DNA of 64,000 nucleotides, taken from the IMG/VR virus record IMGVR_UViG_3300021364_000005. One strand, written 5' to 3'. The translations under genes and the position numbers were made by a program. This DNA comes from a virus. Taxonomy: Duplodnaviria > Caudoviricetes. The notes below the pieces were generated by a model. It ran no database searches. It saw nothing but the letters and a program-made list of their open reading frames with translations, and had not been told where the DNA came from. Shown piece by piece: positions 63,339 through 64,000 of the stretch (positions are counted from its first letter, which is position 1; the number at the start of each line of letters is the position of its first letter).

Positions 63339-64000
63339 TTATTTTCTTAACTTGATTGCTGTATTTCTAACAATCATGCCGTTCTTTGCTGTGCCGTCCT
63401 GCGCTGCATTAAATTTATTATATAACATCTTATTAGGCGCTCCCATTAAACTTGTAGTGTACGAGCTGTAATCAGTATCACTGTTAGTTGTATGTAAAAC
63501 ACTCTGACTATCATCTAGCATCATTTGTTTCAGTTGCGCTGGTGTTGCGTTTTTGTTTATTTGTAGATATAACGCCCCAACCCCGCAAACTTGTGGAGCA
63601 GCCATTGATGTTCCGCTTATGTTTGTTTGTTTGTAACTACTATCTTCGTTATATGTGGATCCGCCAATAGCATTTGTTTGACTACTAGCACTCATTATAT
63701 TTGATCCAGGTGCCCATATATTAACTCCTGGTCCTCTATTTGTAAAGGTACTTGTTTTATCTGCTCCAGACTGGTCATTACTATCTATGCTTCCTACTAT
63801 AAATGCTTCATCATCATACGGTGAACTACCTCTATGATAGTAATAAGTGTTTCCGTCATTAGATACAGTATTATCGTAATCATCTCCTGTTGGCACATCT
63901 ATTTTTGTGTAGGCATTGCCACTAGCAATTACAACATGAATACCATCATCTATCATTTCTTGTATTTCTGCATCTACAGTTGATACCCTTGCATTTAAAG
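63339..64000 (-). CDS. Subtilisin-like (S8) serine protease, 5'-truncated by the window edge
   Basis: VVIASGN oxyanion Asn; APG--I-SA; ISGTSMAAPQV-G catalytic Ser; frame open to the window end. Confidence 0.9.
   Translation of the reverse strand, partial: LNARVSTVDAEIQEMIDDGIHVVIASGNAYTKIDVPTGDDYDNTVSNDGNTYYYHRGSSPYDDEAFIVGSIDSNDQSGADKTSTFTNRGPGVNIWAPGSNIMSASSQTNAIGGSTYNEDSSYKQTNISGTSMAAPQVCGVGALYLQINKNATPAQLKQMMLDDSQSVLHTTNSDTDYSSYTTSLMGAPNKMLYNKFNAAQDGTAKNGMIVRNTAIKLRK

Noticed and set aside
11166-63670. Numerous 60-160 aa plus-strand ORFs antisense to long minus-strand genes (for example 13217, 25536, 36462, 40681, 58119)
   Set aside because: These are shadows of the coding strand: no SD, no motifs, and fully contained opposite well-supported genes.
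1-64000. Bacterial chromosome or plasmid origin, suggested by clpA, dnaJ, folE, fdxA, fpr and thyX
   Set aside because: These genes are interleaved with PolB, a gp45/gp44-like clamp and loader, T4 RNase H, baseplate/fibre genes, spanins and T4-late boxes. No ribosomal or core cellular operons are present.
1-64000. Stop-codon reassignment, inteins or group I/II introns, which are common in jumbo phages
   Set aside because: PolB, ClpA, DpdA, ThyX and the others are full length in the standard code, with no insertions or broken frames. The only frame break seen is at 35945.
1-64000. CRISPR array, tRNA genes, or DGR/reverse transcriptase
   Set aside because: Intergenic gaps are under 200 nt and are explained by promoters and terminators. 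I saw no regularly spaced repeats, cloverleaf/T-loop signatures or RT motifs by eye; a tRNAscan/CRISPR scan was not run.

Overview
This window is part of a large lytic dsDNA tailed phage genome (T4-like or jumbo myovirus type). It is AT-rich, gene-dense and mostly on the minus strand, uses the standard genetic code, and shows no tRNA, rRNA, CRISPR array, intein or IS that I can see. The host is probably a Gram-negative alphaproteobacterium: the window has an i/o-spanin pair plus Rhodobacter-like FdxA, FPR, BI-1/YccA and an aa3 oxidase subunit IV-like peptide. Modules, left to right: (1) 1-9.6 kb, a mixed-strand tailoring-enzyme island with a fatty-acid desaturase, a B12 radical SAM, a twitch radical SAM, four PP-loop (SGGxDS) ATP pyrophosphatases, a flavin oxidoreductase and a tandem DUF2061 protein, beside a displaced tail-fibre-like gene. 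(2) 11-19 kb, a MoxR AAA/VWA pair, RNase H, an MBD4-like glycosylase and a 2OG oxygenase. (3) 19-30 kb, a 7-deazaguanine DNA-modification cluster (queE, folE, queD/dpdL-like, dpdA; no queC in the window) interleaved with a phosphoribosyltransferase, a GT-B glycosyltransferase, the sliding clamp, sugar-nucleotide enzymes and FPR. (4) 30-35 kb, family B DNA polymerase and DsbA. (5) 35.8-40.8 kb, probable internal head proteins with L/I-x-E processing motifs, enzyme cargo domains and a candidate -1 frameshift. (6) 41-50 kb, fibre genes, ClpA, DnaJ and the lysis cassette. (7) 50-57 kb, PhoH, ThyX, ferredoxin, clamp loader, BI-1, GroES and a truncated DnaE fragment. (8) 57.6-64 kb, baseplate/fibre genes and an S8 protease. 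Two promoter classes are visible: near-consensus sigma70 promoters nested in upstream gene ends, and T4-late-like TAAATA boxes, many of which appear to give leaderless mRNAs. The best novelty candidates are a possibly glycosylated or otherwise new 7-deazaguanine DNA modification, the PP-loop/radical SAM island, and protease-processed enzyme cargo in the head. All family calls come from motif recognition by eye; no database search was run.
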